Source: Clostridia bacterium
GTDB lineage: Bacteria; Bacillota; Clostridia; CAKSNL01; HGM11501
Reading direction: 5' to 3'
Length of the DNA: 64,000 nt
NCBI GenBank assembly: GCA_045545475.1
Contig: JAZQAZ010000014.1
Coordinates: 10,938 to 74,937 of the forward strand
In this document: in pieces, positions 47,420 to 57,706 of the stretch
Layout: every line of letters starts with the position of its first letter
Numbering within the stretch: the first letter of the stretch is position 1
Notes under the pieces: generated by a model
Told to the model about the DNA's origin: nothing
Seen by the model: only the letters and a program-made list of their open reading frames with translations
Database searches by the model: none
Translations under genes and position numbers: made by a program

Positions 47420-48355
47420 ATGAAAAAGAAAATTTCTGCAGTAATTTTATTGCTTATTGTGCTGTTTTTTGTGTTTTTGTCATTTTATAACCAAAGGGTA
47501 ACAAAAGACATTTTTGCCATGGATACGGTGATAAGTCTTAATATCAAAGGACTTGGTGCAAAAAAGTGTGCAGAGAAAATTGAGGAGGAAATAATCCGTC
47601 TTCATGAAGAACTTTCCGTTAACGGAAACGGAGCACTTGCTGCTTACAATAAGGGAGAAAATCCGGGAGAAGAAGTATCCTTTCTTCTTTCCGAAAGCGA
47701 CCGCATAAGGAGAGAAACCGGGGGTGCATTTGATGCGGGGATTTACTCTGTGACAAAGCTCTGGGGCTTTACGACAGGGGATTTTTCGGTGCCGTCTGAT
47801 GCGGATATAAAAGAAGCTCTTTCGCTTAAAGGAATAAGATTTGATTTCGGAGCAATTGCTAAAGGGTACGGTGCCGATTCGGCAAGAAAAATTATAGAGG
47901 ATCACAATGTGAAAGAGGCTGTCATATCCCTTGGCGGTACAGTTCTTGTTTTTGGGAAAGATAAGCGTGTGGCAATATCCTCGCCCGACTCGGATGGCTA
48001 TGCCGCATATCTTGATGTGGCAGACTGTGTTATATCAACGTCGGGTGGATATGAAAGGTATTTTTCTGAAAACGGAGAGACCTATTCACACATAATGAAT
48101 CCTGAAACCGGTTACCCTGCGAAAAGCGGAATAGTAAGTGCAACTGTTATAATGGAAGACGGTATGCGCTCTGATGCCTATTCCACGGCGGTTTTTGTGA
48201 TGGGTGAGGAAAAGGCGAAGGAATTCTGGAAAGAATTAACTTTCGGACTTGTGATAATAACCGAAGATAACCGCATGATTATATCCGAGAATTTAGAAGG
48301 AAAAATAAGCGGAATTGACGAAAAATACGATTTGGAGATATGGCATCATGAATAA
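47420..48355 (+). CDS. apbE: FAD:protein FMN transferase (ApbE family) lipoprotein/membrane-anchored
   Basis: N-terminal hydrophobic anchor, FDFGAIAKGYGAD (ApbE DxGGIAKGYA-like motif) and VAISSPD. Confidence 0.85.
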   Translation: MKKKISAVILLLIVLFFVFLSFYNQRVTKDIFAMDTVISLNIKGLGAKKCAEKIEEEIIRLHEELSVNGNGALAAYNKGENPGEEVSFLLSESDRIRRETGGAFDAGIYSVTKLWGFTTGDFSVPSDADIKEALSLKGIRFDFGAIAKGYGADSARKIIEDHNVKEAVISLGGTVLVFGKDKRVAISSPDSDGYAAYLDVADCVISTSGGYERYFSENGETYSHIMNPETGYPAKSGIVSATVIMEDGMRSDAYSTAVFVMGEEKAKEFWKELTFGLVIITEDNRMIISENLEGKISGIDEKYDLEIWHHE

Positions 48356-49217
48356 AAAATATATCGGCATGCTGGAAATGGCAGTGTGTGCGATTCTCTG
48401 GAGTATAGCGGGAGTTTTCATTAAGAAAATTTCTGTTGGAGCTATTGTTATAGCAGGGACAAGAAGTGCTTTTGCAGTTCTTTGCACCTTTATTTATATG
48501 AAAATTATGAAAATAAAGTTCTGCATAAATAAAAGAGTGTTTTTCGGAAGCCTTTGCACTTCGGCAACATTTTTGCTTTTCGTTAGTGCAAATAAGCTGA
48601 CTGATGCGGCGAATGCCATAGTGCTTCAGTATACGCAGCCACTTTTTATTCTCATTTTCTCGTGGATATTCTACAGGGAAAAATTTGTAAAAAGAGATAT
48701 TGCGGTGGCTCTTACCACTCTTTTCGGAATAGCTTTGTTTTTTGCTGACAACATATCGGGAGAAAAACTTTTCGGAAACTTCGTGGCCATTGGAGCGGGA
48801 GCAGCCATCGCTCTTGCGTTTATGATATACGGACACGTTACAAAGGAAGAACGTTTCAGCGGTATGCTTATGGGGCATCTGATGACCGCTGTGGTGGGCG
48901 TTGGCTTTTTGATTGCATCGCCTGTCAATATAACAGTAACGGACTGGCTTTACATGGGGATTCTGGGGATTTTTCAGCTTGGAGTCGCATACATATTTTT
49001 CTGCCTGGCTGTTGAAAAAATATCGGGTTTTGCCTGCTCGATTATTGGAGTTATCGAGCCGCTTTTGAACCCTTTGCTTGTTATGATTTTTATCGGAGAA
49101 AAACCCGGAAAATTTGCATTTTGGGGTTGTGCCGTGGTTATATTGGCCGTAACGGCATGGGGTATGCTTGATGCAAAAGATGATGCGTTGAAAAAAGAAA
49201 AATCTGCTGTCAACTGA
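48348..49217 (+). CDS. EamA/DMT superfamily transporter
   Basis: About 10 TM helices in two EamA-like halves. Overlaps apbE by 8 nt. Confidence 0.75.
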   Translation: MNKKYIGMLEMAVCAILWSIAGVFIKKISVGAIVIAGTRSAFAVLCTFIYMKIMKIKFCINKRVFFGSLCTSATFLLFVSANKLTDAANAIVLQYTQPLFILIFSWIFYREKFVKRDIAVALTTLFGIALFFADNISGEKLFGNFVAIGAGAAIALAFMIYGHVTKEERFSGMLMGHLMTAVVGVGFLIASPVNITVTDWLYMGILGIFQLGVAYIFFCLAVEKISGFACSIIGVIEPLLNPLLVMIFIGEKPGKFAFWGCAVVILAVTAWGMLDAKDDALKKEKSAVN

Positions 49218-49230
49218 CAGCAGATTTTTT
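49198..49230. terminator. Bidirectional terminator shared by the convergent, overlapping eamA and vanZ-like genes
   Basis: tctgctgtca-ac-tgacagcaga hairpin with an A-run 5' and T7 3'. The stop codons of both genes lie inside the hairpin. Confidence 0.8.
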
Positions 49231-49704
49231 TGTTAATTTCTTTATAATATGTTTTATAAAAAGGAATATTAATATTCCGAGAATAACTCCGGCAAAGTCA
49301 ATGGAAATATCCTTGAATTGAAAACTTCTGCCGGGGACGAATATCTGATGTACTTCGTCGGCTAAAGAGAAGAGGGCACATCCTGTAAAAGACAGGAGTG
49401 CTTTTTTTATTTTATCCGAATTTGAAAGAGAGAAAAAGGCAAAGGTTAGAAATCCGAGAGCGGTATATTCTGTGAAATGAGCCAGTGAGCGTATGGTTGA
49501 GTCTGTTTTTTTTATCAACGCTTTTTGCTCTTTTTCCGGCATGGAAGAGAAATCTTCTATAAATATTTCGAGTATTTGTTCCGTTACTTTTTTGCTTGTT
49601 TTTGAAGATACGGATGCCTTTTCGGAAGAAAAATGAAATATAAGTGCCACGTTGCAGATAATAAGGAGCGATATCAGTGTTCGTAAAATGATTTTTAGCT
49701 TCAT
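49210..49704 (-). CDS. VanZ family protein
   Basis: HFTEYTALGFL and ADEVHQIFVPGRSFQFKDISIDFAGVILG motifs of the VanZ-like family. RBS GGAGG precedes the start Met (MKLKIIL). Confidence 0.8.
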   Translation of the reverse strand: MKLKIILRTLISLLIICNVALIFHFSSEKASVSSKTSKKVTEQILEIFIEDFSSMPEKEQKALIKKTDSTIRSLAHFTEYTALGFLTFAFFSLSNSDKIKKALLSFTGCALFSLADEVHQIFVPGRSFQFKDISIDFAGVILGILIFLFIKHIIKKLTKKSAVS

Positions 49705-49783
49705 AAAAACCTCCATTTTAAGGACTGTTTTTTATAGTATAGCGTTTTTTATAAAAAAAGTCAAAAAAAATTGAAAAAAATTA

Positions 49784-49812
49784 AAAAAAGTATTGAAATT
49801 TGAATGGAAGTG
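49784..49812 (+). promoter_or_regulatory. Predicted sigma-A promoter of the dcw cluster (Pmra)
   Basis: TTGAAA, 17-nt spacer, TATAAT. Confidence 0.55.
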
Positions 49813-49830
49813 GTTTATAATGGAGTTACA

Positions 49831-49856
49831 GTAGTGACTTGATGGGTTTCGGTGGG
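49831..49856 (+). promoter_or_regulatory. MraZ operator: three GTGG[GA]-type direct repeats at 10-bp spacing
   Basis: gaTGGGtttcgGTGGGcaaaaGTGGA, between the promoter and the mraZ start. This matches the known MraZ-box architecture. Confidence 0.6.
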
Positions 49857-49896
49857 CAAAAGTGGATATTTGAAACATAGAAAGGGAGGTGGCAGG

Positions 49897-50355
49897 ATGA
49901 ATAGAAATGTTTTTTATGGCGAATACACACATACTTTGGATGAAAAAGGCAGAGTGATACTTCCTGCCAAGTTCCGTGAAATGCTGGGAGAACAGTGCCA
50001 TATCACAGTAGGATACGATTCCTGCGTTACTGTTTATGACGATGCCGGATGGGATGCTTTCTTGGGAAAGCTCTTTGATGAACTTGAACACGAAACCGAT
50101 GAAGACTACAGAAGAAGAATAAGAATTATGGCATCCGGCGGTATGGATATTAATATAGATAAACAGGGGAGAATGTTGATTCCCCCTCCGCTCAGAGCGA
50201 GAGCGAAAATAGATAAAGAAGTAAGCATCGTGGGTAACCTTAATAAAATTGAAATATGGCCCAGCGAAGTATGGAACGGATATCTTAACGATGAAGCAAA
50301 TCCTCTTGAAAAAGTATCTCAGAAAGTAGAGGAAAAGAAAAATGCCAGAGTTTAA
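49897..50355 (+). CDS. mraZ: Transcriptional regulator MraZ
   Basis: MNRNVFYGEYTHTLDEKGRVILPAKFRE..., with a second half GRMLIPPPLRARAKIDKEV. Starts at ATG 49897 after GGGAGGTGG. Confidence 0.92.
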   Translation: MNRNVFYGEYTHTLDEKGRVILPAKFREMLGEQCHITVGYDSCVTVYDDAGWDAFLGKLFDELEHETDEDYRRRIRIMASGGMDINIDKQGRMLIPPPLRARAKIDKEVSIVGNLNKIEIWPSEVWNGYLNDEANPLEKVSQKVEEKKNARV

Positions 50356-51268
50356 TCATGTATCGGTGTTAAAAGAAGAACTTACCGGCGGAATAATAAC
50401 CGATAGGAACGGGATTTATTGCGACATGACTCTTGGCGGTGCGGGACACAGCAAAAGGCTTTTGGAACTTACAGATAAGGCTGTGCTTCTCGGAATAGAC
50501 CGTGATCCGTTGGCTCTTGAAGTGGCAAAGGAAAGACTTTCGGATTTTTCAGACAGAGTAAAGCTCTATCACGGGAATTTTTCTGAGATAGATATTGCGG
50601 CCTGGGAAAATGAAATTGATGCTTTTGACGGCATAATGGCTGACCTTGGAGTATCAAGCCCGCAACTTGACGATGCGGACAGAGGATTCTCCTATATGCA
50701 CGATGCTCCACTGGATATGAGGATGGATACCACGAGCGATTTTTCGGCGTATGATGTGGTTAATAAATACTCAGAAGCGGAACTTATGAGAATAATCGGA
50801 AGCTACGGGGAGGAACGCTGGGCGAAAAGAATCGCAGAGTTTATAGTGAAAAACCGCCCTGTGAAAACAACGTTGGAGCTTGTTGACATAATAAAAGCGG
50901 CGGTTCCTGCAGGAGCAAGAGAAAAGGGCGGACATCCTGCGAAAAGAACATTTCAGGCAATAAGAATAGAGGTTAACGGCGAACTTGAAGCAGTAGAAAA
51001 TGCTCTTGGTAAAGCGGTTTCGCTTTTGAAGAGCGGTGGAAGAATAGGGGTTATAACCTTCCACAGCCTGGAGGACAGATTGGTTAAACAGACGTTTCAG
51101 ACTTTGGCCAAAGGTTGCACTTGTCCTTCTTCGTTTCCGGTATGTGTATGCGGAAAGCAACCGGAGATAAAGATAATAACGAAAAAGCCGATATTGCCGG
51201 CTGATAAAGAAATCATTGAAAACAGCAGAGCGAAGAGTGCTAAACTCAGAATCGCGGAAAAATTATAG
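50342..51268 (+). CDS. rsmH: 16S rRNA (cytosine1402-N4)-methyltransferase
   Basis: LGGAGHS, GIDRDP, ADLGVSSPQLD motifs. Confidence 0.93.
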   Translation: MPEFNHVSVLKEELTGGIITDRNGIYCDMTLGGAGHSKRLLELTDKAVLLGIDRDPLALEVAKERLSDFSDRVKLYHGNFSEIDIAAWENEIDAFDGIMADLGVSSPQLDDADRGFSYMHDAPLDMRMDTTSDFSAYDVVNKYSEAELMRIIGSYGEERWAKRIAEFIVKNRPVKTTLELVDIIKAAVPAGAREKGGHPAKRTFQAIRIEVNGELEAVENALGKAVSLLKSGGRIGVITFHSLEDRLVKQTFQTLAKGCTCPSSFPVCVCGKQPEIKIITKKPILPADKEIIENSRAKSAKLRIAEKL

Positions 51269-51289
51269 AATAAAAGGAAGGGTATGGGA

Positions 51290-51733
51290 ATGGAACATTA
51301 TAACGGTAATAATGCTTACAGAGTAAGATTAAAGGAAAGAGAAGAAAGAAAACTTATAAGCCGTGAAAATCCCGGATATGAATCGTTTGTAAGAGCCAAG
51401 CGAAAAGAAATTATAGGTTCTATACTTATAATCATGGCAGTGGCACTTATGATAATACTTAGATATGCTCAGATTTCGGTGCTTAATTCCGATGTTCAGT
51501 CAACGAAAAAAGCGTTGGAAGAGGCCAGAGCCGAATATACCAATCTGGAAATAGAAAGAGACAGAATAATAGACTTGTCTCATGTTGAAGATGTTGCCGT
51601 AAACTCATACGGTATGACAACGCCGACGAAAGATCAGATTGTATATATCAGCGTTGAGAGAGGTGACTGCATAAAGGTGGCAAAATCCGGTGGCGGAGCA
51701 TCTTTATTTTGGGGACAATCGGCTTTTAATTAA
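51290..51733 (+). CDS. ftsL: Cell division protein FtsL-like (septum formation initiator family)
   Basis: One TM (IIGSILIIMAVALMIIL) followed by a coiled-coil. Sits at the ftsL position in the dcw cluster. The start could be 51284 or 51290. Confidence 0.7.
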   Translation: MEHYNGNNAYRVRLKEREERKLISRENPGYESFVRAKRKEIIGSILIIMAVALMIILRYAQISVLNSDVQSTKKALEEARAEYTNLEIERDRIIDLSHVEDVAVNSYGMTTPTKDQIVYISVERGDCIKVAKSGGGASLFWGQSAFN

Positions 51734-51844
51734 TCGGAACAAAAAATATGCTGCTATTGGTAAAATGCTTTCAGGCGTTTTATAATTGCGGCATTTTTCC
51801 GTTTCATAGAACTTGTCGTTTTTTGTTATTTAGAGGGGTAATGT

Positions 51845-54037
51845 ATGAGTATACTTTCTGTAAAAAAGAGAATGAAAAATCTGGCGTTTGCATTTATATG
51901 TGTTCTTGTGGCACTTGTAATATGGCTCTGTTATCAAAGTATAACTTTGGGAGAAAGGTACAGAGAAGCGGCAGAAAGACAGCAGACAAAGGATATAGAG
52001 GTTGCAGCGAAGCGCGGGACAATATATGACAGAAACAAAAAACAGCTTGCGGTAAGCGTTTCTGCGGATACGGTTATTTTAGACCCTGCTTTAATCAGAA
52101 AAAATGAAAAAGCGGAAAAGGTGGCTTCTGCACTTTCTGAAATACTTGATATGCCTTATGAGGATGTATATAAAGTTACGCAGAAGGAAAGCAGCTATGA
52201 AATATTGAAAAAAAGAATTACTCAGGAAGAGAGTAAGGCTATAAAGGAACTGAAGGACAAAACCGGAATAATGCTTGAGGAAGACACAAAGAGAAACTAT
52301 GTATACGGTTCTCTTGCGGCAAATATTCTGGGCTTTACCGGATATGACAATCAGGGGCTTGACGGACTTGAAAGTGTATATGATAGCGTGCTCTCAGGAA
52401 AAAACGGCAGAAAGAGTGTTGCTGTTGCTAACGGCGGCATTGAATTGCCCTATGCATACGAGCAGTATGTGGATCCGGAAAACGGAAAAAGTCTGGTATT
52501 AACCATAGACGAAACCATACAGCATATTGCGGAATCAAGACTTAATGAAGCAATTAATAAATATGGAGTAAAGGAAGAGGGTTGTGTTATTGTAATGAAC
52601 CCCAACACCGCCGAAATTCTGGCGATGGCGGCAACTCCCGGGTATGATCCGAATGCTCCCTTTGAAATTTACGATGAAGAATTGCTATCAGAGCTTGAAG
52701 GACTCGAAGGGGAAGAAAAGAGCGATGCGAAAGGTAAAGCTCAGTATCGCCAGTGGAGAAATAAGGCGATATCGGATACATATGAGCCGGGTTCGGTGTT
52801 TAAGATAATAACTGCTGCAGCTTGCCTTGAAGAAGGTATTGTTGATGAAAATACGGCATTTAATTGCCCCGGCTCGATGCATGTGGCAGGATGGAACATA
52901 AATTGCTGGAGATATTACAACCCTCACGGTATACAAAACATCGAAGCAGGTTTGGCCAATTCCTGTAACTGTGTATTTATGACACTGGGACTTAATCTTG
53001 GTGGTGAAAGATTCAGAGAATATGTTAAGGCTTTTGGATTTGAAGAAAAAACCGGTATTAATCTTCCGGGGGAATCAGAGCCTATTATAAGAAACCAGTA
53101 TGCGGATATCGACGTGGCGACTGCCGCCTTCGGACAGAACATAAATGTTACTCCGATACAGATGATAACAGCCGTTTCATCCGTAATTAATGGCGGAGAA
53201 CTGCTTAAACCCATGATAGTTAAAGAATATCTTGATGAAGACGGCAAAGTTACGGAGAGTTTTGAGAAAACCGTTGTCAGAAGGGTGATTTCCGAAAAGA
53301 CAAGCGAAAGCATGAAAAAATATCTTGAGGGTGTTGTTAAAAACGGAACCGGAAGCGGAGCAAAAATTTCAGGACAGAGAGTCGGAGGAAAGACCGGAAC
53401 CAGTGAAAAGCAACCGAGAGACGGAAGAAAAATAGCGTCTTTTTGCGGATTTGCTCCTGCGAATGATCCGGAGATAATAGTTCTTGTTATGCTGGATGAA
53501 CCGACCCCCGGTGTGGGAGAGGGAAATATAAATGCCGGTGGTGGCCAGATTGCGGCACCTACGGCAGGACTTATAATTGATGACATATTAAGATATATGG
53601 GAATTGAAGCACAGTATAGTGAAAGCGAAATACTCTCATCCGGTGCATATATTCCGGATCTTACTGGATTAAGCAGAAAAGAAGCGGAAGAAACCGCTAA
53701 AAAAAGTGGCTTTAATATAAACCTTATAGGCGGAGGAGATAAGGTTACCGATCAGCAGCCTTTAAGCGGAATTATGCTTTCCGAAGGCTCGACTATCATA
53801 GTTTATACAGAAGGATCCTCCGAGGCACAGCTCACAACAGTTCCATCTGTAACCGGAATGAGCAGAGCGAATGCTGAGGCGACTATAAAAGGTGCAAATC
53901 TCAATTTCAGGAACTCCGATATGGGAGCAGGCATGAACGGCGGAGTAATCGCCAGCGAACAAAGTCCTGCGGCAGGTGAAGTTGTTGAAATGGGAACCGT
54001 GGTTTATGTGAAATTCGTCCTGCAGGACGTTGACTGA
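51845..54037 (+). CDS. spoVD: Class B penicillin-binding protein (SpoVD/FtsI-type) with two C-terminal PASTA domains
   Basis: SxxK (GSVFKII), SxN (ANSCN), KTGT (GGKTGTSEK) and two PASTA repeats at the C-terminus. Confidence 0.9.
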   Translation: MSILSVKKRMKNLAFAFICVLVALVIWLCYQSITLGERYREAAERQQTKDIEVAAKRGTIYDRNKKQLAVSVSADTVILDPALIRKNEKAEKVASALSEILDMPYEDVYKVTQKESSYEILKKRITQEESKAIKELKDKTGIMLEEDTKRNYVYGSLAANILGFTGYDNQGLDGLESVYDSVLSGKNGRKSVAVANGGIELPYAYEQYVDPENGKSLVLTIDETIQHIAESRLNEAINKYGVKEEGCVIVMNPNTAEILAMAATPGYDPNAPFEIYDEELLSELEGLEGEEKSDAKGKAQYRQWRNKAISDTYEPGSVFKIITAAACLEEGIVDENTAFNCPGSMHVAGWNINCWRYYNPHGIQNIEAGLANSCNCVFMTLGLNLGGERFREYVKAFGFEEKTGINLPGESEPIIRNQYADIDVATAAFGQNINVTPIQMITAVSSVINGGELLKPMIVKEYLDEDGKVTESFEKTVVRRVISEKTSESMKKYLEGVVKNGTGSGAKISGQRVGGKTGTSEKQPRDGRKIASFCGFAPANDPEIIVLVMLDEPTPGVGEGNINAGGGQIAAPTAGLIIDDILRYMGIEAQYSESEILSSGAYIPDLTGLSRKEAEETAKKSGFNINLIGGGDKVTDQQPLSGIMLSEGSTIIVYTEGSSEAQLTTVPSVTGMSRANAEATIKGANLNFRNSDMGAGMNGGVIASEQSPAAGEVVEMGTVVYVKFVLQDVD

Positions 54038-54066
54038 TAATAAGACTTCGGAAAGGGATGACTTAA

Positions 54067-55503
54067 ATGAAACTCAGAGAACTGTTGGAAAACAGAGAAT
54101 ACAGTGTTGTAAGCGGCAGCGTGGACGTTGAGATTGCTAAAATCGAGATTGACTCACGAAAAATAGGGAAGGGTGACGTGTTTTTTGCGCTTACCGGACT
54201 AGGAGCAGACGGACATAACTATATTGAAAAAGCAGTAAATATGGGAGCTGTGGCCGTAGTTGCGGAAAAAGAATGCGAAAGCTTCGGTGCAACTTTGATT
54301 GTGTGCGAAAGCTCAAGAAAGATGCTTGCCTGGGCCTCTGCAGCTTTTTACGGGCATCCCGCAGATAAGATGAGACTTATTGGCGTTACCGGAACAAACG
54401 GCAAGACCACGGTTACGCATATAATAAAGAAAATTCTTGACATGAAAGGTGCAAAGGTTGGGCTTATAGGAACCAACCACTATCTTATAGGAGAAAGTGA
54501 ATTGCCTTCCACAGGAACCACACCTGAAGCAATGGAGCTTCATTGGATATTCAAGGAGATGTATGAAGCAGGTTGTGAATATGTGGTAATGGAAACATCA
54601 AGCCATGCTCTTGCACTTGACAGATGCCTGGGACTTACTTTCGATGTGGGCGTATTCACGAATCTGACACAGGATCATTTGAATTATCATAATGATATGG
54701 AAAATTATGCGGAGGCCAAGGCGAAATTATTTGGCATGAGCAGAATTTCGGTTATTAATGCAGATGATTCGTGGTGTAAAATTATGAAGAAAAACGCCTC
54801 TAAAATATACACCTACGGTATCGAAAAAAATGCTGACATGCAGGCAACTATGATAGAGTATTCGGAAAAAGGTGTCAGCTTCAATTGGAGTTTTAAGAAC
54901 ACCACCGTTCCGATGAGAATGGCCATTCCGGGTAAGTTTTCGGTTTATAATGCTCTTGCCGGAGTGGGAGCATGTGCGGCATTGGGCCTCAGTGACGAAA
55001 GGCTTATGAAGGGGCTTTTAATGGTAAGAGGGGTAAAGGGAAGAGCAGAAGTTGTTCCGGTAAACGAAAAGTATACGGTTATGATAGATTATGCTCATAC
55101 ACCCGACGGAATAGAGAATATCTTAGGAGCAATCAGAGGCTTTGTTAAAAACAGAATAATTATAGTTTTTGGTTGCGGTGGAGACAGAGACAGGGATAAA
55201 AGACCTAAAATGGGTGCAGCTGCAATTCGTCTTGCGGATTTCTGTGTGGTTACTAGTGATAATCCGAGAACAGAAGATCCCGATGCAATTATTCAGGATA
55301 TTTTGCCTGGACTTTCGGGAATGGAAGATAAATATAAGGCAATTACGGACAGAACAGAGGCTATACGCTATGCCCTTTCCATTGCAACAGAAGGAGATGT
55401 TGTGTTGCTTGCCGGAAAAGGACATGAAACTTATCAGGATATAATGGGAGAAAAGATCCATTATGACGAGAGGGAAATCGTTAAAAAAATACTTGAGAAT
55501 TAA
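54067..55503 (+). CDS. murE: UDP-N-acetylmuramoyl-L-alanyl-D-glutamate--2,6-diaminopimelate ligase
   Basis: GVTGTNGKTT P-loop and overall Mur ligase pattern (DNPR motif present, fitting a DAP-type enzyme). Confidence 0.9.
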   Translation: MKLRELLENREYSVVSGSVDVEIAKIEIDSRKIGKGDVFFALTGLGADGHNYIEKAVNMGAVAVVAEKECESFGATLIVCESSRKMLAWASAAFYGHPADKMRLIGVTGTNGKTTVTHIIKKILDMKGAKVGLIGTNHYLIGESELPSTGTTPEAMELHWIFKEMYEAGCEYVVMETSSHALALDRCLGLTFDVGVFTNLTQDHLNYHNDMENYAEAKAKLFGMSRISVINADDSWCKIMKKNASKIYTYGIEKNADMQATMIEYSEKGVSFNWSFKNTTVPMRMAIPGKFSVYNALAGVGACAALGLSDERLMKGLLMVRGVKGRAEVVPVNEKYTVMIDYAHTPDGIENILGAIRGFVKNRIIIVFGCGGDRDRDKRPKMGAAAIRLADFCVVTSDNPRTEDPDAIIQDILPGLSGMEDKYKAITDRTEAIRYALSIATEGDVVLLAGKGHETYQDIMGEKIHYDEREIVKKILEN

Positions 55504-55515
55504 GGGGACTTTGCT

Positions 55516-56490
55516 ATGACAGGTTGGATTTGGGGTATATTTGCATTCTCTATTGCTTTGATAATATCCGTTTTATGCGGCGGAATGGTTATAAAAAAAC
55601 TTAAAGAAGCAAGCTTCGGACAGGAAATAAGAGAAGAAGGTCCTGCCTGGCATAAGAAAAAAAGCGGAACACCCACCATGGGCGGATTTATATTCTTTGC
55701 GGGCCTTATACCCGCTGCAGTAATTATACTTCTGCTTTCAAAAATGGCGGATATTACGGCTTTGATTGTACTTTTATGCGCGGCTTTTTTTGGCGTAATC
55801 GGATTTTCTGATGACTACATAAAGGTTATTAAAAAGAGAAATCTCGGCCTCACCGCAAAACAAAAGTTTATGGCGCAGATCCTGGTAAGTGCAGCTTTCT
55901 CTTTGGCTCTTTATTATGTTAAGGGCGGAGAAATTCTGCTTTTTGGTGGGTTTTACAATTGGTCATATTTCATAATACCTTTTAATATTCTTGTATTACT
56001 TGCAACAAACAATGCCGTTAATCTTACGGACGGAGTTGATGCATTGGCCGGAAGCACCACATTTTTCTGTATGGGATACTTTGCTTTTGCTGCATACTAT
56101 GCAAAAATGAATTCCCTGGGAATAGTGCTTATGGCAGTGATGGGTGGAGTAGCAGGATTTCTTTGCTATAACCGTCATCCTGCAAAGGTATTTATGGGAG
56201 ATACCGGATCTTTGTTTTTAGGAGGTCTTATCGGTGCGGTTGCTTGCACATTGGGACTTCAGTTTACTGTTATAACGGCGGGAGTGGTATTTTTCATTGA
56301 AACTCTTTCCGTTATTATGCAGGTTACATATTTTAAGCTTACTCACGGAAAGAGAATATTTCTTATGACTCCCATACATCATCATTTTGAGAAAAAAGGT
56401 TGGTCAGAGGTTAAAATTGTAGTGGTGGCTTCGGCTATTACAATAATTATGGGAGTAGTAAGTGCATTGTATATAAAAATGTACATATAG
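55516..56490 (+). CDS. mraY: Phospho-N-acetylmuramoyl-pentapeptide transferase
   Basis: 324 aa polytopic. NAVNLTDGVDALAG and PIHHHFE motifs. Confidence 0.93.
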   Translation: MTGWIWGIFAFSIALIISVLCGGMVIKKLKEASFGQEIREEGPAWHKKKSGTPTMGGFIFFAGLIPAAVIILLLSKMADITALIVLLCAAFFGVIGFSDDYIKVIKKRNLGLTAKQKFMAQILVSAAFSLALYYVKGGEILLFGGFYNWSYFIIPFNILVLLATNNAVNLTDGVDALAGSTTFFCMGYFAFAAYYAKMNSLGIVLMAVMGGVAGFLCYNRHPAKVFMGDTGSLFLGGLIGAVACTLGLQFTVITAGVVFFIETLSVIMQVTYFKLTHGKRIFLMTPIHHHFEKKGWSEVKIVVVASAITIIMGVVSALYIKMYI

Positions 56491-56508
56491 TTTGGAGGAT
56501 AGTTGAAA

Positions 56509-57690
56509 ATGGCTAGGGCAGAAGGGAAAACTAATGAAAGAGCCAATGGCAGAGTGAGAAGAAAAGGAGAACTTGACGGAGTTTATCTGATTTTGTTGTG
56601 TGCCTTGGTTTGTGCCGGTCTTTTAATGCTGATAAGTGCCAGCACACCGGATTCCATAGGAACAGAAAGTCCTTATTCGGGAATAATAAAAAACTGTGTT
56701 GTAGCTGTGGTAAGCTTTGCCGTAATGCTTATCGTTGCCAATGCACCCGACTATACGCTTTTCAGAAAATATGTTAAAGCGTTTTACATTTTTTGTGTTA
56801 TACTTATGTACCTTACTCCTTTTATAGGAAAGGAAAGCCTTGGTGCTACTCGTTGGATTTTTATAGGCCCTATATCAGTACAGCCATCTGAAATTATGAA
56901 AATAGCTCTCATATTATATCTTGCGGATGTATTATCGGGAGAGAAAAAACGCAATGTGAACAGAATGAATCTGCTTCAGAGAATTTTATACAGCTTCAGG
57001 GCGGAAATTATTATCTTGATACCTGCTGTGGGAGCTGTAATGCAGCGTCATCTTTCGGGAGCAATAATCCTTTGTCTCATAGGGTTTGTGGTTCTGTTTG
57101 CTTACGGTATGCCCAAAAGCCATATTATAGGAGTAGGCGGGGGAGTTGTCGCTGCCGGAGTAGCTCTTGCGATAATGGAGCCTTACAGATTGCAGCGTAT
57201 TTTAGGTTCGAGAAATCCGGAATCAGACCCCTTAGGAAGCGGATGGCAGATTCTGCAGTCGCTGTATGCAATATGTTCAGGCGGTCTTTTCGGGGTAGGA
57301 TTCGGACAGTCAAGGCAAAAATACAACTGGCTTCCTGAAGCTTCAAATGACTACATTTTTGCAATTATTTGCGAAGAAATGGGGATAGTCGGAGGTATTG
57401 CGGTTATCGTGATGTTCGGCCTTTTTGTATGGAGAGGCGTTAAAATATCAATAAATGCCAGAGATATGTTTGGTAGTCTCATTGCCTTCGGAGTATCTGT
57501 GATGATAGGTCTTCAGGTTGCAATAAATATAGCTGTTGTAACAAATCTTATCCCTTCTACCGGAATGCAGCTTCCGTTTTTCAGTTCCGGCGGAACATCT
57601 TTGCTTTTCATGTTGATAGCAACCGGAATAGTGCTTAATATTTCAAGGTACCAGAAAAAAGGGGCAGGAATTATTCATGAAGTAAAATAA
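56509..57690 (+). CDS. ftsW: SEDS family protein FtsW/SpoVE
   Basis: 10-TM SEDS pattern (SDYIFAII..EE.G, PSTGMQLPFFSSGGTSLL). Placed in the dcw cluster. Confidence 0.88.
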   Translation: MARAEGKTNERANGRVRRKGELDGVYLILLCALVCAGLLMLISASTPDSIGTESPYSGIIKNCVVAVVSFAVMLIVANAPDYTLFRKYVKAFYIFCVILMYLTPFIGKESLGATRWIFIGPISVQPSEIMKIALILYLADVLSGEKKRNVNRMNLLQRILYSFRAEIIILIPAVGAVMQRHLSGAIILCLIGFVVLFAYGMPKSHIIGVGGGVVAAGVALAIMEPYRLQRILGSRNPESDPLGSGWQILQSLYAICSGGLFGVGFGQSRQKYNWLPEASNDYIFAIICEEMGIVGGIAVIVMFGLFVWRGVKISINARDMFGSLIAFGVSVMIGLQVAINIAVVTNLIPSTGMQLPFFSSGGTSLLFMLIATGIVLNISRYQKKGAGIIHEVK

Positions 57691-57706
57691 AGAACGGAGA
57701 GGTTTT

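Noticed and set aside
51748-52029. 93-aa ORF preceding and overlapping the PBP gene
   Set aside because: It has no RBS, overlaps the real spoVD/ftsI start with its own good RBS, and is composed of intergenic sequence. Spurious.
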